This document shows, piece after piece, positions 1 to 9,526 of a stretch of 64,000 nucleotides of DNA. The DNA comes from Promethearchaeota archaeon (GTDB lineage: Archaea > Asgardarchaeota > Lokiarchaeia > Sigyniarchaeales > SOKP01): positions 1-64,000 of the forward strand of contig JAHLWP010000016.1 in assembly GCA_019057865.1 (NCBI GenBank). The letters are read 5' to 3'. The notes beneath the pieces were generated by a model, which was not told the DNA's origin, did not search any database, and saw only the letters and a list, made by a program, of their open reading frames with translations. Within the stretch, counting starts at the first letter, position 1; every line of letters begins with the position of its first letter. A program made the translations under genes and the position numbers.

Positions 1-204
1 ATGGTTGGTGGAAAGTTAGACCTCCATAAAGAAAGAGTAATATCCAGAAAATACGCTAAGAAAATCTCAAAAAAATATAAAATCGTTAAATACTTCGAAT
101 GTTCCTCTAAAACTGGACAAAATGTTGAAAAAATCTTTGAATTTTTAGCGAGATCCATACAGAAACATGAAGATTATTTTAATAAAACTAAACAAAATAT
201 TTAA
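1..204 (+). CDS. Rab-like small GTPase, C-terminal part (probably truncated by the window edge)
   Basis: G4-like GGKLDL and G5 ECSSKTGQNVEKIF motifs; G1-G3 lie outside the window. Confidence 0.85.
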   Translation: MVGGKLDLHKERVISRKYAKKISKKYKIVKYFECSSKTGQNVEKIFEFLARSIQKHEDYFNKTKQNI

Positions 205-218
205 AGGAAAAAAAAATT

Positions 219-255
219 ATTTTTCAGGTTTTATGTTCATTTCATCCCAATTAAT
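219..255. repeat. att-like direct repeat copy 1 (orphan 3' end of the wHTH gene, LINWDEMNIKPEK*)
   Basis: 33/37 identical to 4784-4820, with a 14-bp perfect core TTCATTTCATCCCA. Confidence 0.7.
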
Positions 256-316
256 TAATATCGGACACTTTTTGGATAGGTTCTATTAGAATAAATAAAT
301 CGTTTAATTAAATGAT

Positions 317-1546
317 TTATTTTTTTATTTTATTTTTAGCTAATAATTCCTCAATAGTAATAGGAATAATAATAAATTTATCATCGTTTTTAGTACGAGC
401 AATCTCTTCCATAGCACCTTTAGTAATCTTAAAACCGACCACAAAACCTGCTTTTTTCTTAGTCCTTCTTAACACGGTCTCAAACTTATCTATATCAGGT
501 CTTGAAATGCTATGTTGCTTAACTTCTATTGGTAAATTTGACCCGTATTCACTTATAGGAACTATACCATCTATTCCCATATCAGCAGTTTTTTTCTGAG
601 ATACTTTCCCGCCAATTCTTTCAATAACCCAATTTTGAAACTCGAAATGTGGTAATTCTTTTAACTCTTCAATAGAATATTTCATTCCAACAATATCATC
701 TTTTTTGTAATGAATTCTTTTAGACATCAACCGACATGCCGTAGGAGATACATCTATACCTATAAATTTTCTATTCAAATCCTTAGCTACTTTAACAGTA
801 GTTCCGCACCCACAAAAAGCGTCAAGAACTATATCATCTTCATTTGACGATGCTTTTATAATCCGTTCTAATAATTTTTCTGGCTTTTGTGTAGGATAAC
901 CCAATCTTTCTCTTGCTTCCCGATTTATAGTTTCAATATCAGTCCAATAATCTTCTGGTATTTTTCCTTTATCCATATAATAACGATATACTTTGCCCGT
1001 TTTTTTATCTGTTTTTTCTTGGTATTCTCTACCATCTGCATCCGTTCTTACTTTCATGTGAGTTTTTGGTCTTGGTATTACAACTGCATCGCCATTAAAA
1101 GTCCATTTCTTTCCTTTGGTATAGAAAAATATTATGTCATGCTTTCTTGCAAATCTTTTTTTACTTTTCCCACCAATTGTATAGCACCAAATTATTTCAT
1201 TTTGAAATTTTTTTTGACCAAATATGTCATCACATATTATTTTTAAGTAATGAGAAGCGTGATAATCACAATGAAGATAAAAAGTTCCCGTTTTTTTTAA
1301 TATTCTATGTAATTGTTCAATTCTAGGTCTCATCCATCCCAAATAATGTTGTATTCCGCCTTCCCATCGATCTTCAAAAGCTCTTAATTCGTATCCATCG
1401 TTCCATATTACTTCATAGGTTCTATTAGAAAAGAATGGTGGGTCTATGTAAATTAAATCCACACATTCATCTGGGAAGTCTTTTAAAACATCTAAATTAT
1501 CGCCGCAATATATAGTATCTATTTTAAATTGATATTTTACTTCCAT
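317..1546 (-). CDS. N4/N6 DNA methyltransferase fused to C-terminal Mrr-like restriction endonuclease domain
   Basis: DLIYIDPPF, YPTQKPEKLLERII and DAFCGCGTT motifs; C-terminal FEFQNW...ADMGIDG...IEVKQ PD-(D/E)xK-type motif. Confidence 0.9.
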   Translation of the reverse strand: MEVKYQFKIDTIYCGDNLDVLKDFPDECVDLIYIDPPFFSNRTYEVIWNDGYELRAFEDRWEGGIQHYLGWMRPRIEQLHRILKKTGTFYLHCDYHASHYLKIICDDIFGQKKFQNEIIWCYTIGGKSKKRFARKHDIIFFYTKGKKWTFNGDAVVIPRPKTHMKVRTDADGREYQEKTDKKTGKVYRYYMDKGKIPEDYWTDIETINREARERLGYPTQKPEKLLERIIKASSNEDDIVLDAFCGCGTTVKVAKDLNRKFIGIDVSPTACRLMSKRIHYKKDDIVGMKYSIEELKELPHFEFQNWVIERIGGKVSQKKTADMGIDGIVPISEYGSNLPIEVKQHSISRPDIDKFETVLRRTKKKAGFVVGFKITKGAMEEIARTKNDDKFIIIPITIEELLAKNKIKK

Positions 1547-1613
1547 AATTTATCAAAAATTTATTAAGTTAATAAGTTTTATATAAATAAACATTTATTC
1601 AAATAGATTTATC

Positions 1614-2381
1614 TCAAAAAATTTCTCTTGTATCTTGGATCTGAACGATTTGCTTTTCTTGGATATAATGTTTTAAAGTTTGTTCTTGAATCCCTAGCAT
1701 TTCGGCAGTCTGTTTTGAACTATAACCGTTTTTATATAATTCTGTAGCATATTTATATCTTACAGCGTGAGTATTGAACCCACAGAATTTCCTAAAATTA
1801 CGAGTAAGTGTTTTATCATCAATCTTTTCTCCCGTATGTTTATTAGTGAATAAGTAAGGGAAATGTTCTTTAGGGAATTTTTTAAAGATTCGTTTTAATG
1901 CTTCCAATAATTTAGGAGATTTAATAGCTTTAGCATTATCTTGTTTATATTTTCCATAATTGTATCTAACATAACTAGTATCAATGGTATCTAAGTGAAA
2001 GCTTTCTTTCTTTAAATCGGTATAAAGAGTTCGGCGATCACATATTTCAAAAGGTAAGGCAATCTCTATAAACAATAATAGCTCATCTTCATTATCTAAA
2101 CTTAGTTTCTGAAGTTTCTTTTTTATGTTTCTAATTTGTAAATCGGTTGGAAGAGGTGGTCTTTTCTTCTTATGAGGGCGTTTGATTGTTGGAAAAAGAT
2201 CGTATAAATCCTTAGTAAACATATTTGGATGCATAGCTTTACAGAAAGTTCGGCAAAATACTCTGTGGGTATTAACTGTTAAATCTGCTAAATGGTCTTT
2301 AATATGCCCATATTCAACTATTTCATCTTCGGTTAAATCTTTAAACTCAGTTCTGAGAATTCTCATAACTTTTAAAACCAA
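1614..2381 (-). CDS. Tyrosine recombinase/integrase (compact)
   Basis: YLF box, HAVR (HxxR), MLG and TLKHY catalytic Tyr; the usual LGH His is Ile. Confidence 0.75.
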   Translation of the reverse strand: MVLKVMRILRTEFKDLTEDEIVEYGHIKDHLADLTVNTHRVFCRTFCKAMHPNMFTKDLYDLFPTIKRPHKKKRPPLPTDLQIRNIKKKLQKLSLDNEDELLLFIEIALPFEICDRRTLYTDLKKESFHLDTIDTSYVRYNYGKYKQDNAKAIKSPKLLEALKRIFKKFPKEHFPYLFTNKHTGEKIDDKTLTRNFRKFCGFNTHAVRYKYATELYKNGYSSKQTAEMLGIQEQTLKHYIQEKQIVQIQDTREIF

Positions 2382-2476
2382 TTCCTACAAACCGATTTGA
2401 ACCCCCACTCTCAGAAACCTCACAGAATAGGTATAGAGGGGAAAGTAAGATTCTAATAATAATATTATTCCATCTC

Positions 2477-2517
2477 AGAATGATGTTTCTGCCTTTCTAT
2501 TCCCATTCTGTGAAAGA
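2477..2517. repeat. Dyad site B; 2493-2517 is a perfect 25-bp inverted repeat of 3370-3394
   Basis: CTTTCTATTCCCATTCTGTGAAAGA versus TCTTTCACAGAATGGGAATAGAAAG; 33-bp AGAATG...CATTCT dyad. Confidence 0.85.
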
Positions 2518-2954
2518 TAAAATACGATTTTTTTTATAAATTTTTTTACTCTCCAGGAAAAATTTTGATAATAATTTTAGATTTTAGCCTTTTTTTTTTA
2601 GATAATTTTATAAAACATAAGTAGAGTGCTTGTAGACCTATTTAAAAGTAATGGTCTATTCCACTACTTTTTATATTATGTTCTCTCGCCTTCTAAAACA
2701 CCTTTCTTTTAGTTTGTTTTTTTTTTATTTTTTGTTTATACTCAAGCAGGAAGCAAACTGAGTTTGACTTGATGAAGGGAGGCTAACTTCTTATTCTATA
2801 CAGTTTGGCAGATTCCATTCAAATTTTATCAATATTGTATTAAAGTATAGGAATTATATTATAACTTTAATAATATATTTTTTATTTAGTTATGATATGT
2901 TTTTAGAACCGATTTTTTGAAAGTAATATTAAATTATTATAAAAAAAGAAAAAA

Positions 2955-3407
2955 TTAGTTAATTAATTCTAAATTTTCAATTATTATTGGTGAATCCTCA
3001 ATTTGAGTACGGGAATTAACAGGGGATAAAATATTATGATAATCAAAATTATTTTTATCCTGGAAAATAAATTTTAATTCTTTTACTACAACATTATTAA
3101 ATTGAACTTTAAATTGATTTCTTTCAGGTCTGTGTTCATCTGGTTTGATTCTCTCAATAGTTTCTATATTGACTATAGATCCATTTTGTTTAAGCTCTTT
3201 TAATTGTCTTTTAAGAAAATTTATTTCATATTTTAGGAATTGCAACTCTTGGTCCACATTCCTATCATTTTTTTGTAATTGAATGATATTCCAACAAGTC
3301 TTTCCATATTTTCTTTCAATAGATTCTTTAGAAGTCAAAATCCTTCCACAACGAAGACATTTAATTAATTCTTTCACAGAATGGGAATAGAAAGCCCAAG
3401 ATACCAT
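2955..3407 (-). CDS. Zn-finger (DUF6011-like) coiled-coil protein
   Basis: CLRCGRILTSKESIERKYGKTC motif followed by a heptad-rich segment. Confidence 0.7.
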   Translation of the reverse strand: MVSWAFYSHSVKELIKCLRCGRILTSKESIERKYGKTCWNIIQLQKNDRNVDQELQFLKYEINFLKRQLKELKQNGSIVNIETIERIKPDEHRPERNQFKVQFNNVVVKELKFIFQDKNNFDYHNILSPVNSRTQIEDSPIIIENLELIN

Positions 3408-3410
3408 TAC
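3370..3410. repeat. Dyad site C inside the 5' end of the Zn-finger gene
   Basis: Inverted partner of site B; 33-bp unit aligns with sites B and D. Confidence 0.85.
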
Positions 3411-3428
3411 ATTGAAGCTACTACGATT

Positions 3429-3900
3429 ACTTCAGGATTTGTAAATCATTGATTTCGTTATTGAATTCATTAGATTTACTGAATCTTAAAATTGAAGATT
3501 ATATTTAATTTAACTATCAAAAAGGGTTAAAAAAAAACTTTATTTCACATTATTTTTTGATTAAATACATCTGCATAATTGCTAAGTCAAACTTTTTAAT
3601 TAGTTTGCTGTTAGCACATAAAAGCACACTAATCCTTCTTGCATAATATAGATAATTCATTTTTAATCCATTTTAATTTTTTTTATTTTCTTATTTTCAA
3701 TATTTTATAGAATGATGATAGAAGGCTTGAAATACCATTCTATTACGATTTTCATTTGAGAATTGTCCATAACTTCAGAATTTAAAATCGTTGATTTTGT
3801 TATTGAACTCATTAGATTTACTGAATCTTAAAATTGAAGATTATATTCAACTAAACCATCAAAAAAGGTTAAAAAAGAAAGATTTTATTTCACATTTATT
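3429..3900. repeat. Two ~125-bp imperfect direct repeats (about 3429-3555 and 3772-3900) plus dyad site D (3709-3741)
   Basis: 39-bp identical core TCATTAGATTTACTGAATCTTAAAATTGAAGATTATATT at 3467-3505 and 3809-3847. Confidence 0.9.
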
Positions 3901-3961
3901 GAAAAAGTTGATAAATATTGTTCAGAAAATAAATAAATCTTCTCTTCTAAATTTTAAGAAA

Positions 3962-4468
3962 TCATTGAAAAATATGAATAGAAGCCTTCTTTTCAAGGTT
4001 TAAATTTATATTTTCATTTTTACAACTTTCTTCGAAGAATTTTAAAAAACTTTTTTTAATAGGAAGGTTTGTAGTCTCTTTTTTATAATCATAAAGTAAA
4101 GCTCCTTCTTTAATACATATTTCATTATAACCATCTGAACACATTAATGAGATCTTAAAAAGTTGATTTTCATATATATAATCGTTTGTTCTCGCATATT
4201 CGTCGTATCTTAGCTGGAATTTAAATTTTAATACTTTTTGAATTTTTTTCAAACCAATTTCTTCAAATAAATTTTCAATATTAATACTCATGTGAAGTTC
4301 AAGCTTTTCTTTCGCAAATAACTTGTATAATTTAATAAAATTTTTTGAATCTTTTCTTTTTTCAAAATACTTCTTTAATTGATCAATTATAACCCAGACT
4401 AATATTGAGCCTATTGTTGCAATAGTGGATCCAATAATCGATCCAATTATATTTTCTTGGAAAATCAT
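3962..4468 (-). CDS. Hypothetical protein with N-terminal transmembrane helix
   Basis: IIGSIIGSTIATIGSILVWVII hydrophobic stretch; 168 aa ORF. Confidence 0.65.
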   Translation of the reverse strand: MIFQENIIGSIIGSTIATIGSILVWVIIDQLKKYFEKRKDSKNFIKLYKLFAKEKLELHMSINIENLFEEIGLKKIQKVLKFKFQLRYDEYARTNDYIYENQLFKISLMCSDGYNEICIKEGALLYDYKKETTNLPIKKSFLKFFEESCKNENINLNLEKKASIHIFQ

Positions 4469-4772
4469 ATTTCTATTTTATTACCTTATTTTATTGAAGA
4501 TTCTATAGAATTTTTTATAATATTATACTAACAAAGTTGTAAAGTATTTATAATTTATGAGTATGAGCTTTTAACCTATATATTTACTGATGTTCCAATA
4601 TATTTTTTTTTTTGGTGATCATTAAGGTCATTCCTATCCAATAACAGTTTAAATTGGTATTTCAAGGATTCTATTGTTGTTTTATAAAAAAATTAAAATT
4701 AGATTTAATTTTTTATCCTGAACCTATGGCCATTAAAATTTTTTATCTCCAGGATAAATCTTTGAAATTATA

Positions 4773-5078
4773 CTATACTATGAATTTTTCAGGGTTTAGA
4801 TTCATTTCATCCCAGTTAATGAATTCCTTATAACTCACAGGGAAATATTGTTTTTTAACTCGTCCATTTTCAATTATAGTAGAATTTCTAATGACTTTAT
4901 CCTTAAGTAATTTCTGGATATAATGATTTACTTTCCCAGAGGTCCAATTAACTTTTTTAGTTAAGTCATAAATTGTTAATCCAGGACTCTTATTAATGAG
5001 TTTATATAAGAAATATTTATTCTTCATAGCATTAAATAATCTGATTTTATTTGCTTTATTTAACATTTCACACACCAT
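4773..5078 (-). CDS. Winged-helix (MarR/ArsR-like) regulator; its 3' end contains att-like repeat copy 2
   Basis: PGLTIYDLTKKVNWTSGKVNHYIQKL HTH followed by a wing. Confidence 0.8.
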   Translation of the reverse strand: MVCEMLNKANKIRLFNAMKNKYFLYKLINKSPGLTIYDLTKKVNWTSGKVNHYIQKLLKDKVIRNSTIIENGRVKKQYFPVSYKEFINWDEMNLNPEKFIV

Positions 5079-5085
5079 TTTTTGA

Positions 5086-5133
5086 TGATCAATAAATCAA
5101 TAAATATATTGATCAATAAATCAATAAATATAT
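5086..5133. repeat. Perfect 24-bp tandem duplication directly upstream of the wHTH gene (possible operator)
   Basis: TGATCAATAAATCAATAAATATAT x2. Confidence 0.85.
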
Positions 5134-5206
5134 ATGTATATACATATTTAAATATTTCTCGAAACAAAATATTTCGTATGGGTATTTTTAGTTAAGAAAA
5201 AAGAAA

Positions 5207-5476
5207 TTATATATTATTTTTGTATAATTTATAACCTGCTTTTAATCCTTTTTTAGTAAGCTGATAAGTCATTTTTCTTCCGCTAGGATGTTTGAATATA
5301 AACCCATTTGAACGTAATAATTTTATGGCTTTTTTTTTATAACTAGAGGGAAGTATCTTAATTCTTCTTGTAATTGCTTCAATTGGGACACGAGATCTTA
5401 AACTCCCTTTGTTTGCGTCATAACAAGCCAACAAAACAATTTTCTCATCTTCATCTAAGTCTTCTAATTCCTTCAT
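5207..5476 (-). CDS. Small winged-helix protein
   Basis: KAIKLLRSNGFI...YQLTKKG wHTH signature. Confidence 0.7.
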   Translation of the reverse strand: MKELEDLDEDEKIVLLACYDANKGSLRSRVPIEAITRRIKILPSSYKKKAIKLLRSNGFIFKHPSGRKMTYQLTKKGLKAGYKLYKNNI

Positions 5477-5565
5477 TTTAGAGGTTATTGTCTTTATTAT
5501 ATATATCTGATAAATTAGGTTATTTTATATTTTTGTAAAAAAATTAAATTAAAAAAAGAAAAAAA

Positions 5566-6042
5566 TTATTTAGGTCTTTTAAAAGGGTTATACCACTCTT
5601 CAACTTCTTTTATTAAATCTTGTTTTTTCATTGTTTTTAATGTTTCAAAATACATATCAGAGATATTAATTACTTCTCTCATTCTTTCAAGCATTTCAAT
5701 TGGTTTTTCAATATTTTCAATTCCTAAATATATATCAAGAAAAATTACAGGAATATCACCAACAGAATTAAAGAAATTTCCAAGTTCTTTTGAAGCAATA
5801 TTTGTAACAGGAATTCCTGTAATCTCCGAAAGTTCATTTAATTTCTCATAGATTTCTTTATCAACCTCTATTAATGGAAATACCTCATCTATTTGTTCCT
5901 TTGTTTCATATATAACTTTTGTTTCATATACTTTATATTTGTAAAGTTTCCCTTTTAACCAATCGAGAGTTTCCTGATTATATTCTGTTTTTATTTTCTT
6001 TACAAGATCATATTTTACAACTTTTTGACTATTTTCCGACAT
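5566..6042 (-). CDS. Hypothetical protein, possible ribbon-helix-helix domain
   Basis: IEVDKEIYEKLNELSEITGIPVTNIA resembles RHH. Confidence 0.55.
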   Translation of the reverse strand: MSENSQKVVKYDLVKKIKTEYNQETLDWLKGKLYKYKVYETKVIYETKEQIDEVFPLIEVDKEIYEKLNELSEITGIPVTNIASKELGNFFNSVGDIPVIFLDIYLGIENIEKPIEMLERMREVINISDMYFETLKTMKKQDLIKEVEEWYNPFKRPK

Positions 6043-6291
6043 TTAGAGAATCTCCTCCAATAAGATTAATTTCTTTAATTCTTCTAAATCAATCTTTTTG
6101 ATGTTATAATATTCATTTAAATCATTGGGAAAAATTGGATTATTATATCTCTGAACAAAACTAATATCTTTTTTAATGTTATATTGAATAAATTTTTTAG
6201 GTGTCCAACCAAAAGCCTTAGCTATAATATCAATTGCTTTTTTGTCTTGGAGATCCATTTCAATTTCAATTTTTACTTTTTTTTCAGCCAT
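6043..6291 (-). CDS. Hypothetical RHH-like protein
   Basis: VKIEIEMDLQDKKAIDIIAKAFGWTPKKFI; abuts the downstream gene. Confidence 0.55.
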   Translation of the reverse strand: MAEKKVKIEIEMDLQDKKAIDIIAKAFGWTPKKFIQYNIKKDISFVQRYNNPIFPNDLNEYYNIKKIDLEELKKLILLEEIL

Positions 6292-6664
6292 TTCATCTCA
6301 TCTTTATTTTTTTTGATTTTATTTTAAATTGGTGCTAGGGAAATCCAGCACACTTACAATTTAAATATTAATTTTAATTATTTTTTTCTTATAAATTTCT
6401 CAAAATTTTCTTTAATTCCCATTTCTTAGAATACCTCTACTCTAATATTAAGGTCTTCAAGTTTTAAAGCCTTAAAATAAAAATCAGCAATGTTTTTAAC
6501 ATATTTCAATTGCCAAAATTCGAGGAACATTCCCCCGAAACAGAAATCTTCCTTATAGAAAGTTATTTTATAAATTTCTGGCATTTTCTCTATTCATATT
6601 TTTTTGTAGATAATATTCAGTATACTAATTATTAACTAAGAAGTGTTAATATTTAAAAATTACC

Positions 6665-6907
6665 ATGAATAGTATAATATTAAGTATAATTATTTTCTTA
6701 AACATGAGAAAAATGGATGGAAAAACTGTAAAATATCATAAATATAAAGGATCATCTGGAAAAATCAGTATCCCTAATTCAATTGCTGAAAGTTTAAATT
6801 GGAATCATAAAAACAATATAGGCATTATTATCGATATAAGAAACGGGCAAAAAGGTTTATTCTTATGGAAAAGAGAAAAGATTGAAGATAAGAAAAATGA
6901 CACCTAA
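6665..6907 (+). CDS. AbrB/MazE/SpoVT-like DNA-binding protein (true start probably a downstream ATG)
   Basis: GKISIPNSIAESLNW motif. Confidence 0.7.
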   Translation: MNSIILSIIIFLNMRKMDGKTVKYHKYKGSSGKISIPNSIAESLNWNHKNNIGIIIDIRNGQKGLFLWKREKIEDKKNDT

Positions 6908-7145
6908 AAAGAGAGATATATATCCTGTGTTTTTTAGATTGAAAATAAAATTAGAAGCAATCAGCACTCAGGAAGAAGAGATAATTTCATTCCCTATTTT
7001 TTCAAGCTCTCAAACAATTGCAGGTAAAGAAAAATTAATTTCAACTTATAATAATTTAGGAAAACAATTAGAAGATTTTATTGAAAAAAATTTTACTCCT
7101 GATTTCTTTTCAAAAAAATTTAATCCCCACAATTTTATCGTTTAA
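6882..7145 (+). CDS. Hypothetical protein
   Basis: ORF overlapping the end of the AbrB-like gene. Confidence 0.45.
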   Translation: MKIRKMTPKKRDIYPVFFRLKIKLEAISTQEEEIISFPIFSSSQTIAGKEKLISTYNNLGKQLEDFIEKNFTPDFFSKKFNPHNFIV

Positions 7146-7527
7146 TCAATTTAGCATATTTTAAGCTATTTTATTTGTTTTTAATTGATTTAAAATTTTT
7201 TTACATGTAAAATGTTATCAGGAAAAGAAATCGATTCTTAAAAAGGTTTAAAATGATATCTTTTTTTGCTTTTACTTTAGCTTTTTTCTTTTTTCCCATA
7301 TTTAATTCACTTTTTAATAAACTGTTTTTTAACCTTATTTAAAATCATTTTATTAAATTTCTTGATAACCTTATTGATTATTTTGCTCTGTTTTTTATTT
7401 TCTTTCACTATTTTCTTATAAATATCCGATTTTCCCTTTCTATTTGTTTTTAGAATTTTTAAAATTTTAGTCATGATTATTTTTATCTACTCAATCTTGG
7501 AGATATATATAAATTCTTAATTATTTT

Positions 7528-8724
7528 TTATATATCTTGAAAATAATCAATTATTTTTGTTTGTTTTTTTGAATCCGATTCAATATCTTCTTTTACTTTT
7601 TTCATTTTTTTAATATCTTCTTCTTTCACATAAGATTTTGATTTTAAATATTTATCAACATCTTGATTTTTAATATAATTTTGAATATTTAGGGTTTCAA
7701 GACCTAATTGTTCCATATTAAAGATTTTTATGGTATAAGATTTATTTTCATTTTCTCTAAGAGAATTAAAAGATAAATAAGAATCATTTGGAAAATTAGC
7801 ATTTAGATCTTTATCTTCGTAATAATTATGATAACCATAATCATTTTTAATAAATAATCTTAATTTTCTTTCACCTGAATTTTCAATTTTTTCATAGTAT
7901 TCTGGTGGTGCTTTTAATGGTATATGATTAACTCCAAAACAATCAACACCGAATCCAATAGATAAAATATCTTTAGCAAAAACTATAGGTAATTTCTTAG
8001 TTTGTCGTCCTTTATTTGGATTTTGAATATAAATAAAGCAATCATCAAAGATTTCAGCATTTTTAATAAATCTCAAAATATTTCTTAATAATTGATGGTT
8101 TGATGTAATCGTAGCGTTTCTTAAATCTATAGAATAAGCTAAAATTTCATTCTTTAGGTATAAATTAATAATATCTTCGATATAATTATATCCAATTCTT
8201 GGTATAATTCCTATTATCGGTTTATCATTAAGAGTATTAATTATATCAATGCTTTCCTGTAAATAGTCTAAATAGTTTTTAAAATTTTTATTATTCAAAT
8301 TATTATGCAATTCATTTATTCCTATTAATGGAATTATATTAGAATACTCATAAGAAGTATCTAATAGAAATTCTAAGCCTTTTCTAGATGGGAATAATTG
8401 TTTTTCCGTTGGTTCATAATTTAAAAAACACATTAATATTTCATTATTTGGGTTAATTTTAGATTTGTAATAATTAAATGGATAATTAAAATCTGAAAGG
8501 TTTGATTTTAAAAGTAATTTATCTAAAGTATTAGCTTTAATTGTTCTATATAATTCATTAAAACCAAATATATTTTTATTAATCTTTAAATTATAATCTC
8601 TTTTTTTTATATCATAAGTGAATTTTGGTGTATTAATATGAAAAGAACCAAAATTTATTTCTCTAAATCTCATTAGAAAATTATCATCAACAGACCGATT
8701 TCTAATTTTTAAAGTTTTTGTCAT
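7528..8724 (-). CDS. Uncharacterised protein, possibly TGT/DpdA-related TIM-barrel
   Basis: 398 aa; N-terminal R..I.F....I.TP pattern, PIIGIIP and GVDCF strands reminiscent of transglycosylase barrels; family call is tentative. Confidence 0.45.
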   Translation of the reverse strand: MTKTLKIRNRSVDDNFLMRFREINFGSFHINTPKFTYDIKKRDYNLKINKNIFGFNELYRTIKANTLDKLLLKSNLSDFNYPFNYYKSKINPNNEILMCFLNYEPTEKQLFPSRKGLEFLLDTSYEYSNIIPLIGINELHNNLNNKNFKNYLDYLQESIDIINTLNDKPIIGIIPRIGYNYIEDIINLYLKNEILAYSIDLRNATITSNHQLLRNILRFIKNAEIFDDCFIYIQNPNKGRQTKKLPIVFAKDILSIGFGVDCFGVNHIPLKAPPEYYEKIENSGERKLRLFIKNDYGYHNYYEDKDLNANFPNDSYLSFNSLRENENKSYTIKIFNMEQLGLETLNIQNYIKNQDVDKYLKSKSYVKEEDIKKMKKVKEDIESDSKKQTKIIDYFQDI

Positions 8725-8914
8725 ATTACGTCTATGATTCTTTTTATCTAATTAAAAAATTATGTACCAGATATATAATTGTTTTTGATTAAATATAGTT
8801 TTAAAATATTATATTATAAATTCTTAAAATCCTAATCTACAAATTATTTTAAGACATATAATTTATTAATAAAAATTTAATTTCATATAATGATAATTTA
8901 TTATAATAAATAAT

Positions 8915-9517
8915 GTGATCTCTATGGATACCATAAATTCAAAAGATATTGATCTTTTAAGTAGGAGTCAATTTATAATGCTTTTCTTATTAGCTTCAAA
9001 AAATACTACTCCAATTAAAGGAAAATTATGGTTGGAAAAAGAGTTATTTTTATTAACTGAATCAGTTCCAAAGTTAAAAGAATTGTTCGATTTTGAAGCT
9101 TATTTATTAGGACCTTATAGTGAAATTGTTAAATCAGACTTAGAAGTATTAGTACAAATGGATTATATTGATACTATTAGTAATCAAATTAGTATTACTA
9201 AGAAAGGTTTAAACTTGATTTCTTGTTTAGAAGGACAAATTTCTAAAAAACTTTTAGATGAGATTTATAAATCAAAAGATTTATTAAATGATTTAGAAAG
9301 AAATGAATTATTAGCTTACATATATCAGGTTTATCCTAATACTACTAAAGAATCTATTGTTTTTGATAAAATTAAACCAAAACTAAGAGAAATAGCTATT
9401 AATTTATTAAAAAAGGATAAAATTAGTATAGGTTTAGCAGCCAAAATAGCAAATATGCCTTATACTGAGTTTTTTAACTTCTTAAAAGAAAAGGGTATGA
9501 TTGAACTTGTAGAATAG
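8915..9517 (+). CDS. Antitoxin-like protein: Panacea/SocA (DUF4065)-like wHTH fused to UPF0175
   Basis: LEKELFLL...FEAYLLGPYS..V..DL motif; C-terminal ISIGLAAKIANMPYTEFFNFLKEKG. Confidence 0.75.
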   Translation: MISMDTINSKDIDLLSRSQFIMLFLLASKNTTPIKGKLWLEKELFLLTESVPKLKELFDFEAYLLGPYSEIVKSDLEVLVQMDYIDTISNQISITKKGLNLISCLEGQISKKLLDEIYKSKDLLNDLERNELLAYIYQVYPNTTKESIVFDKIKPKLREIAINLLKKDKISIGLAAKIANMPYTEFFNFLKEKGMIELVE

Positions 9518-9526
9518 AGGATTTAA

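Noticed and set aside
3408-3470. In-frame TGA upstream of the Zn-finger ORF as selenocysteine
   Set aside because: No redox motif context or evident SECIS; the sister repeat copy reads this position in another frame.
3791-4003. 70-aa plus-strand ORF
   Set aside because: Runs across the repeated non-coding module; the sister copy has a stop in the equivalent frame.
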